A DNA stretch of 60,061 bases, counting the filler. It is 3 parts of 3 records of this genome, joined end to end, with 100 filler letters (N's around TTAATTAATTAA, not from the genome) between each part and the next. Parts side by side here need not be neighbours in the genome. Positions count along the whole stretch, not along the records: positions 19,030 to 40,880 come from DRR378314_412; positions 40,981 to 60,061 come from DRR378314_418; 1 more part is not named here. One strand, given 5' to 3'. Shown piece by piece: positions 31,128-42,658 of this stretch. The translations under genes and the position numbers were made by a program. Within the stretch, counting starts at the first letter, position 1. Each line of letters starts with the position of its first letter. The notes under the pieces are model-generated. The model ran no database searches. It was given only the letters and a program-made list of their open reading frames with translations, and had not been told where the DNA came from.

Positions 31128-31161
31128 GCACCCCCCTCGTGACTTGTCACCAGGGGGGTGC
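31128..31161 (-). terminator. GC-rich hairpin after yciO
   Basis: GCACCCCCCT...AGGGGGGTGC 10-bp stem with inner GTGAC/GTCAC pairing; weak U tail. Confidence 0.55.
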
Positions 31162-31183
31162 CAATACCAACTAGAGAATGGTG

Positions 31184-31807
31184 TTAACTCGTAAACGGTG
31201 TAATGTCGCCGCGCCCTTCCCGCACAATTTTGGGCGGCAGCTCGCGTAGGTCAATCACACTGGTGGGGTCAAGGTGGCAAGCACCGCCATCGATAATGGC
31301 ATCAAGGTGTGACCCGAAGCGGTCGCGAATCTCCTCAGGATCGCTCATTGGCAGGGTATCCCCTACCGGAATCAAGGTGACGCTCATCAACGGCTCACCC
31401 AACGCATCAAGCAGCGCGTGGGTAATGTGGTGATCAGGCACACGCACGCCAATGGAGCGGCGCTTCGGGTGCAGCAACAGGCGCGGAACCTCTGTGGTGG
31501 CATCCAAAATAAAGGTGTATGGGCCAGGGGTATGAGCCTTCAGCAGCCGAAACACTGCGTTATCCACTTTCGCGTAAGTGCCAATCTCGGAAAGATCCGA
31601 ACACATCAGCGTGAAATTGTGCTTATCGTCTAACGAGCGCAGCCATTTGATCTTCTCAATGGCTTTTTTTTCACCCAAGTGGCAACCCAGTGCATAGCCC
31701 GAATCCGTCGGATACGCGACCACACCACCTTTGCGGATAATATCTATCGCTTGATCAATCAAGCGTTTCTGCGGGTTTTCGGGGTGAATCTGGAAATATT
31801 GACTCAT
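31184..31807 (-). CDS. yciO: Sua5/YciO/YrdC family protein
   Basis: IHPENPQ, YPTDSGYALGC, HNFTL and TPGPYTFIL motifs. Confidence 0.9.
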   Translation of the reverse strand: MSQYFQIHPENPQKRLIDQAIDIIRKGGVVAYPTDSGYALGCHLGEKKAIEKIKWLRSLDDKHNFTLMCSDLSEIGTYAKVDNAVFRLLKAHTPGPYTFILDATTEVPRLLLHPKRRSIGVRVPDHHITHALLDALGEPLMSVTLIPVGDTLPMSDPEEIRDRFGSHLDAIIDGGACHLDPTSVIDLRELPPKIVREGRGDITPFTS

Positions 31808-31870
31808 CGCTTGCTCCTGCCCTTGGGCATATCGTTGTCCATTTAGTTTCTAGGTTAGCCGATATGCGGT

Positions 31871-32821
31871 TTAAGACCCAGGACCTAACATACCACTGGG
31901 CGCATCGCGCAAATGAACTAAGCGCGGATGCTGCCAAATCGGCGGCGCAGCAGTGCGAGGTATTAAGCTCATACTGCCGGGGGCGGCGTGGCTGCCAGGA
32001 AAATGAAAATCGCTGCCCATGGAGGCGTATAAATCGCGCTCCACTAATTGCCGAGCGAGATCGCGAGTGCTGTCTGGATTCTGCTGACCACTCACTAGCT
32101 CAACGCTCTGCCCACCGGCGGCTTGAAAGGTATCCATCAGCAAACCTCGCTTGCGCCGGGTAAGCCCATAGCGCAGCGGGTGCGCCAGCACTGCCACACC
32201 GCCTGAGGCCACCACCCAGGCGACTGCATCACTGATTTCCGGCCAATGAGCTTTTACATCGCCTTTTTTACCACTGCCTAAATAGCGCTTAAACGCCCCG
32301 GCCCAGTCATCAACCACTCCTTCAGCGACCAGCGCGCGGGCAAAGTCGGGCCTGCCTAAGGGGCGGTCGCTGCCTGCCTGGGCGCGTGCCTTTTCGAGCG
32401 CGTCAGGTAAGCCCATTTTTTCCAGCCGCTCGGCGATCACTTCAGCACGTTTGATCCGTGCTTCGCGCTGCAATGCAAGCCCTTCTACCAGAGGCCCCTG
32501 CAAGCCACCGGGCATAAGCGCCACTACGTGGATATTAATTCCCTGCCAGCGCGTGGATAACTCACAGCCAGGCACCAGGCAAAGCCCTGCTTGCTGCGCC
32601 GCGATGCCAGCTTCTTCAATACCTTCCATGGTGTCGTGGTCTGTCAGCGACATGTGGGTAAGACCACGTGCAGCGCACAGCTTTACCAACTCGGTAGGAG
32701 TAAGCGCGCCATCTGACGCGGTAGAGTGCATGTGTAAATCCACCGTATAACGCTGGTCGGCATCAAACACGCGGGGCAGGTTTACAGGAAGATAGTTCGC
32801 AGGAAGTAGGGGCATAAGCAT
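31871..32821 (-). CDS. PHP-domain phosphoesterase (YciV/RNase AM-like); start uncertain
   Basis: DLHMHSTASDG, LTDHDT, LAHP and GSDFH motifs; upstream of yciO. Confidence 0.88.
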   Translation of the reverse strand: MLMPLLPANYLPVNLPRVFDADQRYTVDLHMHSTASDGALTPTELVKLCAARGLTHMSLTDHDTMEGIEEAGIAAQQAGLCLVPGCELSTRWQGINIHVVALMPGGLQGPLVEGLALQREARIKRAEVIAERLEKMGLPDALEKARAQAGSDRPLGRPDFARALVAEGVVDDWAGAFKRYLGSGKKGDVKAHWPEISDAVAWVVASGGVAVLAHPLRYGLTRRKRGLLMDTFQAAGGQSVELVSGQQNPDSTRDLARQLVERDLYASMGSDFHFPGSHAAPGSMSLIPRTAAPPIWQHPRLVHLRDAPSGMLGPGS

Positions 32822-32979
32822 GACGCCGTGTGGCGAGTTTGTCAGAATAGGGTGGTGTGAATAAAACAGGCACCCTGTTTTCCCTTAACGGTATACAGTC
32901 GCTCACCATGGTGCGCGCTTACAGGGGCGCGGTCAATTCAGTACGGAACAACCGCCCTAGCATTCAAGGAGTTATCCCC

Positions 32980-33279
32980 ATGCTTTACGCTATTATCAGT
33001 GAAGATGTATCCAACAGCTTGGAGCGCCGTCTAGCGGCACGCCCGGATCACCTTGGTCGCCTGGAAAAGCTACGTGATGAAGGCCGTTTGGTTCTGGCTG
33101 GCCCCCACCCCGCTATTGATACCGATAACCCAGGCGATGCAGGCTTTAGCGGCAGCTTAGTCGTTGCCGAGTTTGACAGCCTTGAGGACGCGCAAGCCTG
33201 GGCTGACGCCGATCCATACATCATTGCTGGGGTCTATGCCAAGGTAATTGTTAAGCCATTTAAAAAAGTAATGCCTTGA
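32980..33279 (+). CDS. yciI: YciI family protein
   Basis: [21 protein letters not shown] and ADPY motifs; AAGGAG RBS. Confidence 0.92.
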   Translation: MLYAIISEDVSNSLERRLAARPDHLGRLEKLRDEGRLVLAGPHPAIDTDNPGDAGFSGSLVVAEFDSLEDAQAWADADPYIIAGVYAKVIVKPFKKVMP

Positions 33280-33311
33280 CCGATAGAGGCGAGTGTGAAG
33301 AGTCCGCCTTC

Positions 33312-33411
33312 TTTTTCACAGAGCCTGTGGAAAACTCTGTGAAAACTCGGCGGACGCTTTCCCCAAAGCTAGAGCTGATGCCCTTATCAACAAGTTGATC
33401 AATTTTTAACC
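33312..33411. promoter_or_regulatory. DARS-like element: three DnaA boxes, IHF site and Fis site
   Basis: TTTTTCACA-5bp-TGTGGAAAA-3bp-TGTGAAAAC; TATCAACAAGTTG (33385-33397) matches WATCAANNNNTTR; GATCAATTTTTAACC (33397-33411) matches the Fis consensus. Confidence 0.6.
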
Positions 33412-33450
33412 TATCTTTAACACAAACTTCATCAGTACGGGGATACCCGC

Positions 33451-35456
33451 GTGACTCAACGCTCTACTGCCCTGCCCCCGCTCGCGGCGTTAACGGCTCC
33501 TTTACTCACTTGGAACGAGGCGTCCCCCCATTCAGAGGCCTTCGACGATGTGTATTTTTCCAGGGAAGATGGCCGGGCTGAAACCGAGCACGTTTTCCTG
33601 GGGGCGAATCACCTGCCTAAGCGCTTTGCGGACTGGCAACACAGCCGCGCTTTTGTGATTGGCGAAACAGGCTTTGGCACCGGGCTTAATATGCTGTGCG
33701 CGTGGGACTGTTTTGAACAACACGCACCGAGCACTGCACGTCTTCATCTGTTATCCACCGAGAAATTTCCGCTTGACCGAGTATCTCTTGAGCGCGCGCT
33801 AAGCGCCTGGCCTTCATTGGCACACTATGCACAAGTGCTATGCGCCCAATGGCCTGAAGCCGTCAGCGGCATTCACCGTCTGCATCTCAACGAGCGAGTG
33901 ACTCTCGATCTGCACTTTGGCGACACCACCGAACGACTGAAGCTACTCGACGGTCAAGTCGACGCCTGGTTCCTAGATGGCTTTGCTCCTGCTAAAAACC
34001 CAGAAATGTGGCAGCCTGAGCTATTCGAAGCCATGGCAGCACGCTCTCGCCCTGGGGCAACATTTGCCACGTTTACCTGTGCCGGTATCGTTAAACGAGG
34101 GCTAAAAGCAGCGGGGTTTAGCTGGCAAAAGGTCCCTGGGTTTGGGCGCAAGCGGGAAATGTTAGCAGGCTCTATCGACACACCGCCCAAAGACACTCGC
34201 CGCCAGTCAACACCATGGTTCACACCGCCTGCGGCAAGGCCAGCTAACCATGTGGCCGTCATTGGGGCAGGCATGGCCGGCTGCAGCGTGGCAGCGGCGT
34301 TAGCCAAGCGTAGGGTTCAGGTTACAGTCATTGAACGCGATGCACCCGGCGCCGGTGGCTCCGGTAATCGCCAGGGAGCGCTGTATGTAAAGCTAGCCGC
34401 GGAAACGAATAACCAAAGCCGGTTCTATTTATCAGGCCTTCTCTACAGCCAGCGCTGGCTTAGCCAGCGGGCTTCAGCAACACCACGGGAAACGCCGCTG
34501 TGGCAACCATGTGGCGTGGTACAACTGGCGTTAAGCGACAAGGAGGCTGTTCGCCAGCAGCGTTTTATGGCACGCCATCCGCTACCAGAAGCGGTGGTAT
34601 CCGCTCAAACCGAGACGCTTGGCGAGCTGGCGGGTGTTCCGATAACAGCGAATCACGGACTATTTTATCCCCAGGCAGGCTGGGTGCGCCCCAAATTACT
34701 CTGCGAACAGCTACTACAGCACGCGAATATCACCTTGCACCAGGGGGAAGTGACAACCCTTCAGCCCGACGGTAAAGCTTGGCAGATCATGTTAGCCAGC
34801 GGCGAAACGCTGACCGCTGATCACGTTGTAGTAGCCAATGCGTCTCTGGCTAACCGCTTTGAACAAACCACAGCGCTGCCGCTACAGCAGGTTCGCGGAC
34901 AAGTGAGCGAAGTGAAGCTACCCGAGGGCTTTCAAGGCCCGCAACGTGTGGTATGCGCGGGTGGCTATGTGTCGCCGCCAGTGGACGGCGTGCTGACGTT
35001 CGGGGCCAGCTTTGTGCCTAATAACGCCACGAGCGACGTTACGACAGCAGACCATCAGCGCAATATTGATGAACTACGCCAAACACTACCTGAATGGGTC
35101 GCCACCCTTGAGGCTGCGGGCGTAACGCTAAGCCCCGATACGCTCGCTGGTCGTGCTGCGGTAAGGGCAGCCAGCCCTGACAAAAGCCCCTACGCGGGGC
35201 CAGTGCCCAATGCTGACGCATGGCAGCAGGATTACGCGGTGCTGCAAAAAGATGCTTCTAACGTGCCAGATACCTTAGGAGAGCACCATTCAGGGCTGTG
35301 GATATCTAGCGCACACGGTTCTCGGGGTCTTTCCAGCGCTCCGCTCTGCGCCGAAATCATTGCCTCGCGAATATGTGATGAGCCGATGCCGCTAGAGCTA
35401 TCGTTAGTGGATCATTTACACCCTGGGCGACGGATTATTAGTGCGCTAGTACGCGC

Positions 35457-35463
<7 letters not shown>
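33451..35463 (+). CDS. mnmC: Bifunctional tRNA mnm5s2U34 methyltransferase / FAD oxidoreductase
   Basis: FDDVYFS, ETGFGTGLN, WFLDGFAP, GFGRKREM, GAGMAG and HGSRGL motifs. Confidence 0.95.
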
Positions 35464-37789
<2,326 letters not shown>

Positions 37790-37827
37790 TCAGATGTTCC
37801 GGCATACAAAAACAGGTGTTTAGTAAC

Positions 37828-37861
37828 AAAAACACCCGCCTTCTTTGGGAAGGCGGGTGTT
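37828..37861 (-). terminator. Terminator between zipA and ligA (contig 2)
   Basis: AACACCCGCCTTC-TTTGG-GAAGGCGGGTGTT with A-run on the left. Confidence 0.8.
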
Positions 37862-37876
37862 AACGCAATGCGATGC

Positions 37877-39781
37877 TTAACGCGCTTGCAGTTGGCGCTG
37901 CAAGCGATGGCGACGTTCAAACTCATGAACGCGCTGCCTTGCAAACTCAATGGTTTGCGCCGTCATTACGCTACGGTTTTCATCTTTAAGCTCACCGCCC
38001 ATATGGCGTACGACAACCATTGCCGTTTCGACCATCGCTTCAAACGCTGCTGAGCTATCTTCAGCGCCCGGCAGCGGCATCAGGAACGTAATACCTGGGG
38101 TCACAAACTCATCCATTTCTTCAATGGGGAACGTACCAGGCTTAAGTACATTCACCATTGAAAATTGCAGTTCGCTATCGAAGCTTTCTGTTTCAAAACG
38201 GTGAAAGACGCCCATCTCACGGCTGTAGCGAAGACCGCAGGCCATGATTAGCTCAAGCAATTTACCGCCATCAAAACCTTCAGGTTCCCGCGAAAGCACA
38301 CTGATCACGACCATTTCAGAAGCGTCGGTGAGTGCATCTCTGGCCCGCTCGCTATTAACATCGTGGCGTAACGCTTTTTCTAACGTCGGGTGTGTACGAA
38401 CAACATTATCCCGATGACCCGTTTCAGGCACATAATCGTCGTAGTCATCAACATCGTGATAACTCTCGTCGTGCGCAGAAATCGTCGGCTCATTGTATTG
38501 CGCAGCCTCGCGCTCCGCGGCAGCGGTCTCACGCGCTTCGGCTTGCTCTTGAGCAATACGCGCTTTTTCAGCGTCGGCTGCCTCTTTTGCTTCACGGCGC
38601 TGCTGCGCCTCAAGCGCTTTACGCTCGGCTTCAAGTGCTTTACGTTCTGCTTTTTGCTTGGCTAGTGCTTCCGCACGTTTCGCCTTCTCTGCTTTCTTAC
38701 GCTCTTTCTCTTTACGACGCTCAATCAAACGGCGTTTAAAGGAACGCCCAATGCCTTCGAAGTCGACCAAGCGGTATTCATCAACCTCATCGTCGTCTAG
38801 CTCTCTGTCTTCACCGGCAGTATCTGCACGTAGTTGACGTCGCTTGGGCGTGTCGGCTGCATGTTGTACGGCATCTTCAGGTTCAACTCTTAGCGTCGGT
38901 TCTGCTTCTGCAGTCGGCTCAGCTGCAGCACTGGGTTCTTCTGACGCTTTCTCGGTTGAAGCCTTTACGGTTGATGCAACTTGTTCTTCAGTTCCAGCTG
39001 ATACCGCCTCTAGGCGACTGTTAGCTTCAAGATTTTCAGCTTCTTCGTGTTGCGCCGTTGGCTGTTCTTTCTCAACATCAGCTTGCTGACCGCTAACGCT
39101 CTCGTAATGCTCGGTTGGTTCAGATACTGGCTGTGGATCGTGGCTATCAGGGCGATGGGCTTCAGCTGTAGAGGCAGGCTTGCTACTCGTCGTTTGGCGA
39201 GTAGCGTCTGTGTGCTGAGTTTTATTGCTAACAGTATTGCTGGGATTCTCATCAGCCATAAATATGCTAGGCTCCCGGCGCTCGGGTTCAGGAATTGCAG
39301 ACATGCCTAACGTGTGCTCGGCTGAAGCAGTATCTGGCTGAACGGATGTATGATTCGTCGACGTGGGATGCCCGACAGCAGAAGGCTGTTCATGTTTTCG
39401 AGGCTCATTTTTACGAGACCACGAAAAGTGCGCATTGGCTTTTGACTTGGCCGAACTGGCAGAGCTGGAAAAAGAACGGCGAAAATCAGACAGTACTTTG
39501 GAAGGCCCCGGGTGCTCTTGGCGTTCCAGCTTAGGTTTTTGACCAAGGTTGCTGTAGTCAGCAGGCTTAACGACCCGCGCACCACCGTTAGGCAGTTCCC
39601 AGTTTATTTCCGCCTCTTTGACTTCATCATTAAATTCTTCGGATTTAGCGGCTGGCAAGTCTTTGACTGCTTGATCCAGGCGGGGCACACGGCGTTGGCG
39701 CTGAAGCCTTCGCACACCGTCAACGACGATGAGCGAAACCAGTGCCAGTCCTAGAATGATTAACCACTCTCTTAATTCCAT
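37877..39781 (-). CDS. zipA: Cell division protein ZipA with very long linker
   Basis: MELREWLIILG TM anchor, C-terminal FtsZ-binding domain (FHRF, FSMVN, PGTF, ELKDENRS); smc-zipA-ligA synteny. Confidence 0.9.
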   Translation of the reverse strand: MELREWLIILGLALVSLIVVDGVRRLQRQRRVPRLDQAVKDLPAAKSEEFNDEVKEAEINWELPNGGARVVKPADYSNLGQKPKLERQEHPGPSKVLSDFRRSFSSSASSAKSKANAHFSWSRKNEPRKHEQPSAVGHPTSTNHTSVQPDTASAEHTLGMSAIPEPERREPSIFMADENPSNTVSNKTQHTDATRQTTSSKPASTAEAHRPDSHDPQPVSEPTEHYESVSGQQADVEKEQPTAQHEEAENLEANSRLEAVSAGTEEQVASTVKASTEKASEEPSAAAEPTAEAEPTLRVEPEDAVQHAADTPKRRQLRADTAGEDRELDDDEVDEYRLVDFEGIGRSFKRRLIERRKEKERKKAEKAKRAEALAKQKAERKALEAERKALEAQQRREAKEAADAEKARIAQEQAEARETAAAEREAAQYNEPTISAHDESYHDVDDYDDYVPETGHRDNVVRTHPTLEKALRHDVNSERARDALTDASEMVVISVLSREPEGFDGGKLLELIMACGLRYSREMGVFHRFETESFDSELQFSMVNVLKPGTFPIEEMDEFVTPGITFLMPLPGAEDSSAAFEAMVETAMVVVRHMGGELKDENRSVMTAQTIEFARQRVHEFERRHRLQRQLQAR

Positions 39782-40171
39782 GTCGAGCATTCCATGGGTC
39801 AATATACCGGTTGCAAAGGCGCAATGCCTTAATGACGTAACATATCCGAAATTAGCTAATTATCATCAAGCATAGCGCGGTTGCTACGAAAAGGGCCACT
39901 TTTTGCAGATTTTCACGCTTTAACACCCCCATAAGGTGTGTTTTAGGCCAAATCTTTGACTATATCAACTAAGAAAAGTGCCATTTTAGCGCTAATTTAT
40001 CCCGACAGGACACATCGTCACATCATCGTCTGCTTTCTACAGGGAGAATTTCGCTCCCTTGCTCGCCTTCTCACACCGTAATATGACAAGCCCACATTCA
40101 AACTTACGTAACGAAACGCCACTGCTCTTCTGCTCAATTGCCCAGCCAACTGCTGTTCGATCAAAAGCTAT

Positions 40172-40201
40172 TCTGCTACAAACCTATCTGTTACAAACCT
40201 A
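40172..40201. repeat. Tandem 15-bp duplication
   Basis: TCTGCTACAAACCTA TCTGTTACAAACCTA (1 mismatch). Confidence 0.8.
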
Positions 40202-40667
40202 CTTCACCAAAAATTCCGTCGTAACGAATAGTATTTAATAGCTAATGAAATCATAGCATATATGTTTTAAACCCTTAACTAACGCTATACAAAGGTAATG
40301 AAAGTTCACATTTCAGATTTGTCAATTTTAGATAGATGAACATGCTTAACTGCACGATACGCTTTAGCAGGAGCAGTCCTCAGCGCCCATGATCAAAGCA
40401 GTTAATCAGAAACCGAGAATAAACATAAATCGCTGATAAATAAGTGATTTTACAATCACAAAATAAAGAAAGAAACGCTATCAATAGCCACTAATGAAGC
40501 TAATCTGGGATAGCTAAGCAAAAGCAGAAAGGCTCACTATCGGTTCATCACACAACCCGTCATAGGCTTGCTCTACCGCAATTTTTGCATATTTCCCGAG
40601 GCTTTTAATGGGTGAAAACTCGTTTAGTTCACCACCATTGAAGGCACCGCATTTGCCGATAAAGCAT

Positions 40668-40880
40668 TTAATCAACCAGTGCTGCAGCCTCATCAATCCC
40701 TACCGAAACAAGCCTAGACACACCAGGCTCCTGCATGGTGACACCCATCAAGCGCTCAGCAGCCTCCATAGCAATTTTGTTATGGGTGATATAGATAAAC
40801 TGAACGCTTTCAGACATTTCTTTAACAAGTTTGGCGTAGCGGCCTACGTTGGCATCATCCAGCGGAGCGTCGACTTCGTC
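40668..40880 (-). CDS. smc: Chromosome segregation protein SMC, C-terminal 70 aa (5' truncated; absent from ORF track)
   Basis: Hand translation [39 protein letters not shown]...[10 protein letters not shown] (Walker B, D-loop). Confidence 0.93.
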   Translation of the reverse strand, partial: DEVDAPLDDANVGRYAKLVKEMSESVQFIYITHNKIAMEAAERLMGVTMQEPGVSRLVSVGIDEAAALVD

Positions 40881-40980
40881 NNNNNNNNNNNNNNNNNNNN
40901 NNNNNNNNNNNNNNNNNNNNNNNNTTAATTAATTAANNNNNNNNNNNNNNNNNNNNNNNNNNNNNNNNNNNNNNNNNNNN
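40881..40980. other. Artificial contig spacer
   Basis: N-run with TTAATTAATTAA at 40925-40936. Confidence 0.98.
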
Positions 40981-41021
40981 CATCTCTTAACCAGAGTTCA
41001 GGTTAAGTAAGTTTAAAACGT

Positions 41022-41050
41022 AAAAAGCACAGCGAATGCTGTGCTTTTTT
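41022..41050. terminator. Bidirectional-type terminator after cysZ
   Basis: AAAAAGCACAGC-GAAT-GCTGTGCTTTTTT. Confidence 0.85.
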
Positions 41051-41063
41051 ATAGTTGATTGAG

Positions 41064-41792
41064 TTAATCTCGGTAATTAGGTCGGTAGTTATCAACCCAT
41101 AGGCGCGTTGCACCACACACTGCGACAGGCATAACAATTAGATTAACGATTGGAATAGCCGTCAGCAGCATCACAGCAAGACCAAACCCGTAGGATAAGC
41201 CCTGCTTTTGCTTTAAATCTTGTTTCATCTGCTTAAAGCAAATTTTGTGGTTATCAAATGCATAGTCTTTATATTGCACCGCATACATCCAGCAAGTAAA
41301 CAACACCCATAGCACTTGGCCTATCACAGGTAATATCCATAATAAAATAAAGAAACCAATTGCGCGGGGTAGGTAATAACACAGCTTGGTCCACTCGCGG
41401 CCCAGCATGCGGGGAACATCTTTGACTAAGTCAGCGAAGCCATCATCATTAATTTTTTGGCCCGTTAAATAAAGCTCTACCTTTTCACTCAGCAAGCCAT
41501 TAAAGGGTGCGGCAATAAAGTTTGTGATTACACTAAACAGCATACTGTAACTAAATAGAATAACTAAAATTGCAATGGGCCACATTAACCATTCTAGCCA
41601 ACTCAACCAGCTTGGCAGCATATTGTTTAAATAGGCAAACCCTTCAGTTAGCCAGCCGTATAAAAAAAACAGTGAGCTACCAAATAGTGCAATATTGATT
41701 AATAAAGGAATAAATACAAAACGTTTGAGACCTTTTTGAGTGATCAACTTAAAACCGGAAAAAAAATACTCCATACCTTGAGTAAACTGCAC
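41064..41792 (-). CDS. cysZ: CysZ/EI24-family membrane protein
   Basis: FVFIPLLIN, IAAPFNGLLSEKVE, QYKDYAFDNH and MPVAVCGAT motifs. Confidence 0.9.
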   Translation of the reverse strand: MQFTQGMEYFFSGFKLITQKGLKRFVFIPLLINIALFGSSLFFLYGWLTEGFAYLNNMLPSWLSWLEWLMWPIAILVILFSYSMLFSVITNFIAAPFNGLLSEKVELYLTGQKINDDGFADLVKDVPRMLGREWTKLCYYLPRAIGFFILLWILPVIGQVLWVLFTCWMYAVQYKDYAFDNHKICFKQMKQDLKQKQGLSYGFGLAVMLLTAIPIVNLIVMPVAVCGATRLWVDNYRPNYRD

Positions 41793-42023
41793 GCTAAATA
41801 CCTCAGATCATTTTTATCATTAAGCGCAGTATAAATCGCTCAGTTTTATTGAACAGTATTTTTAGGTAACAAAGTATTTTTTCTTTTGTAAAGCGGGGGG
41901 GGAAGCGGATTTTAGCGGTGTATAATGTTAAAAAATTTAATATGCGCAAATACTATTATAAGTTTAGTAGGTTTAGCAAGATGATCCCGATATACTGACG
42001 TCCCTTCATTTTGAGCAATAAGC

Positions 42024-42644
42024 ATGTCTAAAATTTTTATTATTGGTTTACCACGAACAGGTACAACCAGTATTAGTGTCGCTTTATTAGAGTTGGGATT
42101 AAAAGTGGCTCACACAGCTTTCACTAAAAAAGCGTTTGAAGTGGCTGATGCGATATCTGATGCGCCGTGTTTTAGTGATTATAAACAGCTCGATGCGCTA
42201 TTTCCTGGGTCTAAATTTGTGTATTTGAATCGCGATTTGGATAAATGGATCCCATCAATTACCATGCTACTTGAAAAAATGGCACCGCATTTAGAGCTAA
42301 AAAATGGGCATTTTAGCCCTGTGTTAAAGCGCAGTTTTCACCAGACCTTTCCTAACATTCACTCGCAATGTGAGCACACTTTGACTAGTTATTACCGTTT
42401 ACATCAGCAAGGGGTATTTAATTATTTTAAAGACCGCGATGACTTTATTTCACTCGATGTGAGTCACTCGGGGAGTCTCTTAAAGTTAAAACAGTTTTTA
42501 GGGATGCCTGCTGAAGGTGAGCCAAACTTCGCGAAACTAAATGTGGGGCGCAATGTTGCTAACTGGCGTGAATATAAACACCCCAACAAAGTGAATGCTA
42601 ACTTAGCAGGATTAGAACATCGAAAATTTTTTGACTATTGCTGA
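42024..42644 (+). CDS. Sulfotransferase-family P-loop protein
   Basis: IIGLPRTGTTS PSB-loop-like motif, D.P, FPGSKFVYL.R. Confidence 0.75.
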   Translation: MSKIFIIGLPRTGTTSISVALLELGLKVAHTAFTKKAFEVADAISDAPCFSDYKQLDALFPGSKFVYLNRDLDKWIPSITMLLEKMAPHLELKNGHFSPVLKRSFHQTFPNIHSQCEHTLTSYYRLHQQGVFNYFKDRDDFISLDVSHSGSLLKLKQFLGMPAEGEPNFAKLNVGRNVANWREYKHPNKVNANLAGLEHRKFFDYC

Positions 42645-42658
42645 TTATAGCCTGAGCG

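Noticed and set aside
39891-39907. GG-N10-GC sigma54-like sequence in the smc-zipA spacer
   Set aside because: Poor -24 match (AGGGCC) and it points away from zipA
40514-40928. ORF-track entries 40514-40696 (-) and 40608-40928 (+)
   Set aside because: They overlap the real smc 3' end in the wrong frame or strand; one runs into the spacer
41841-41856. LexA-box-like CAGTTTTATTGAACAG (and a similar half-site near 50290-50306)
   Set aside because: Breaks the invariant CTG or has the wrong spacing; neighbours are not SOS genes
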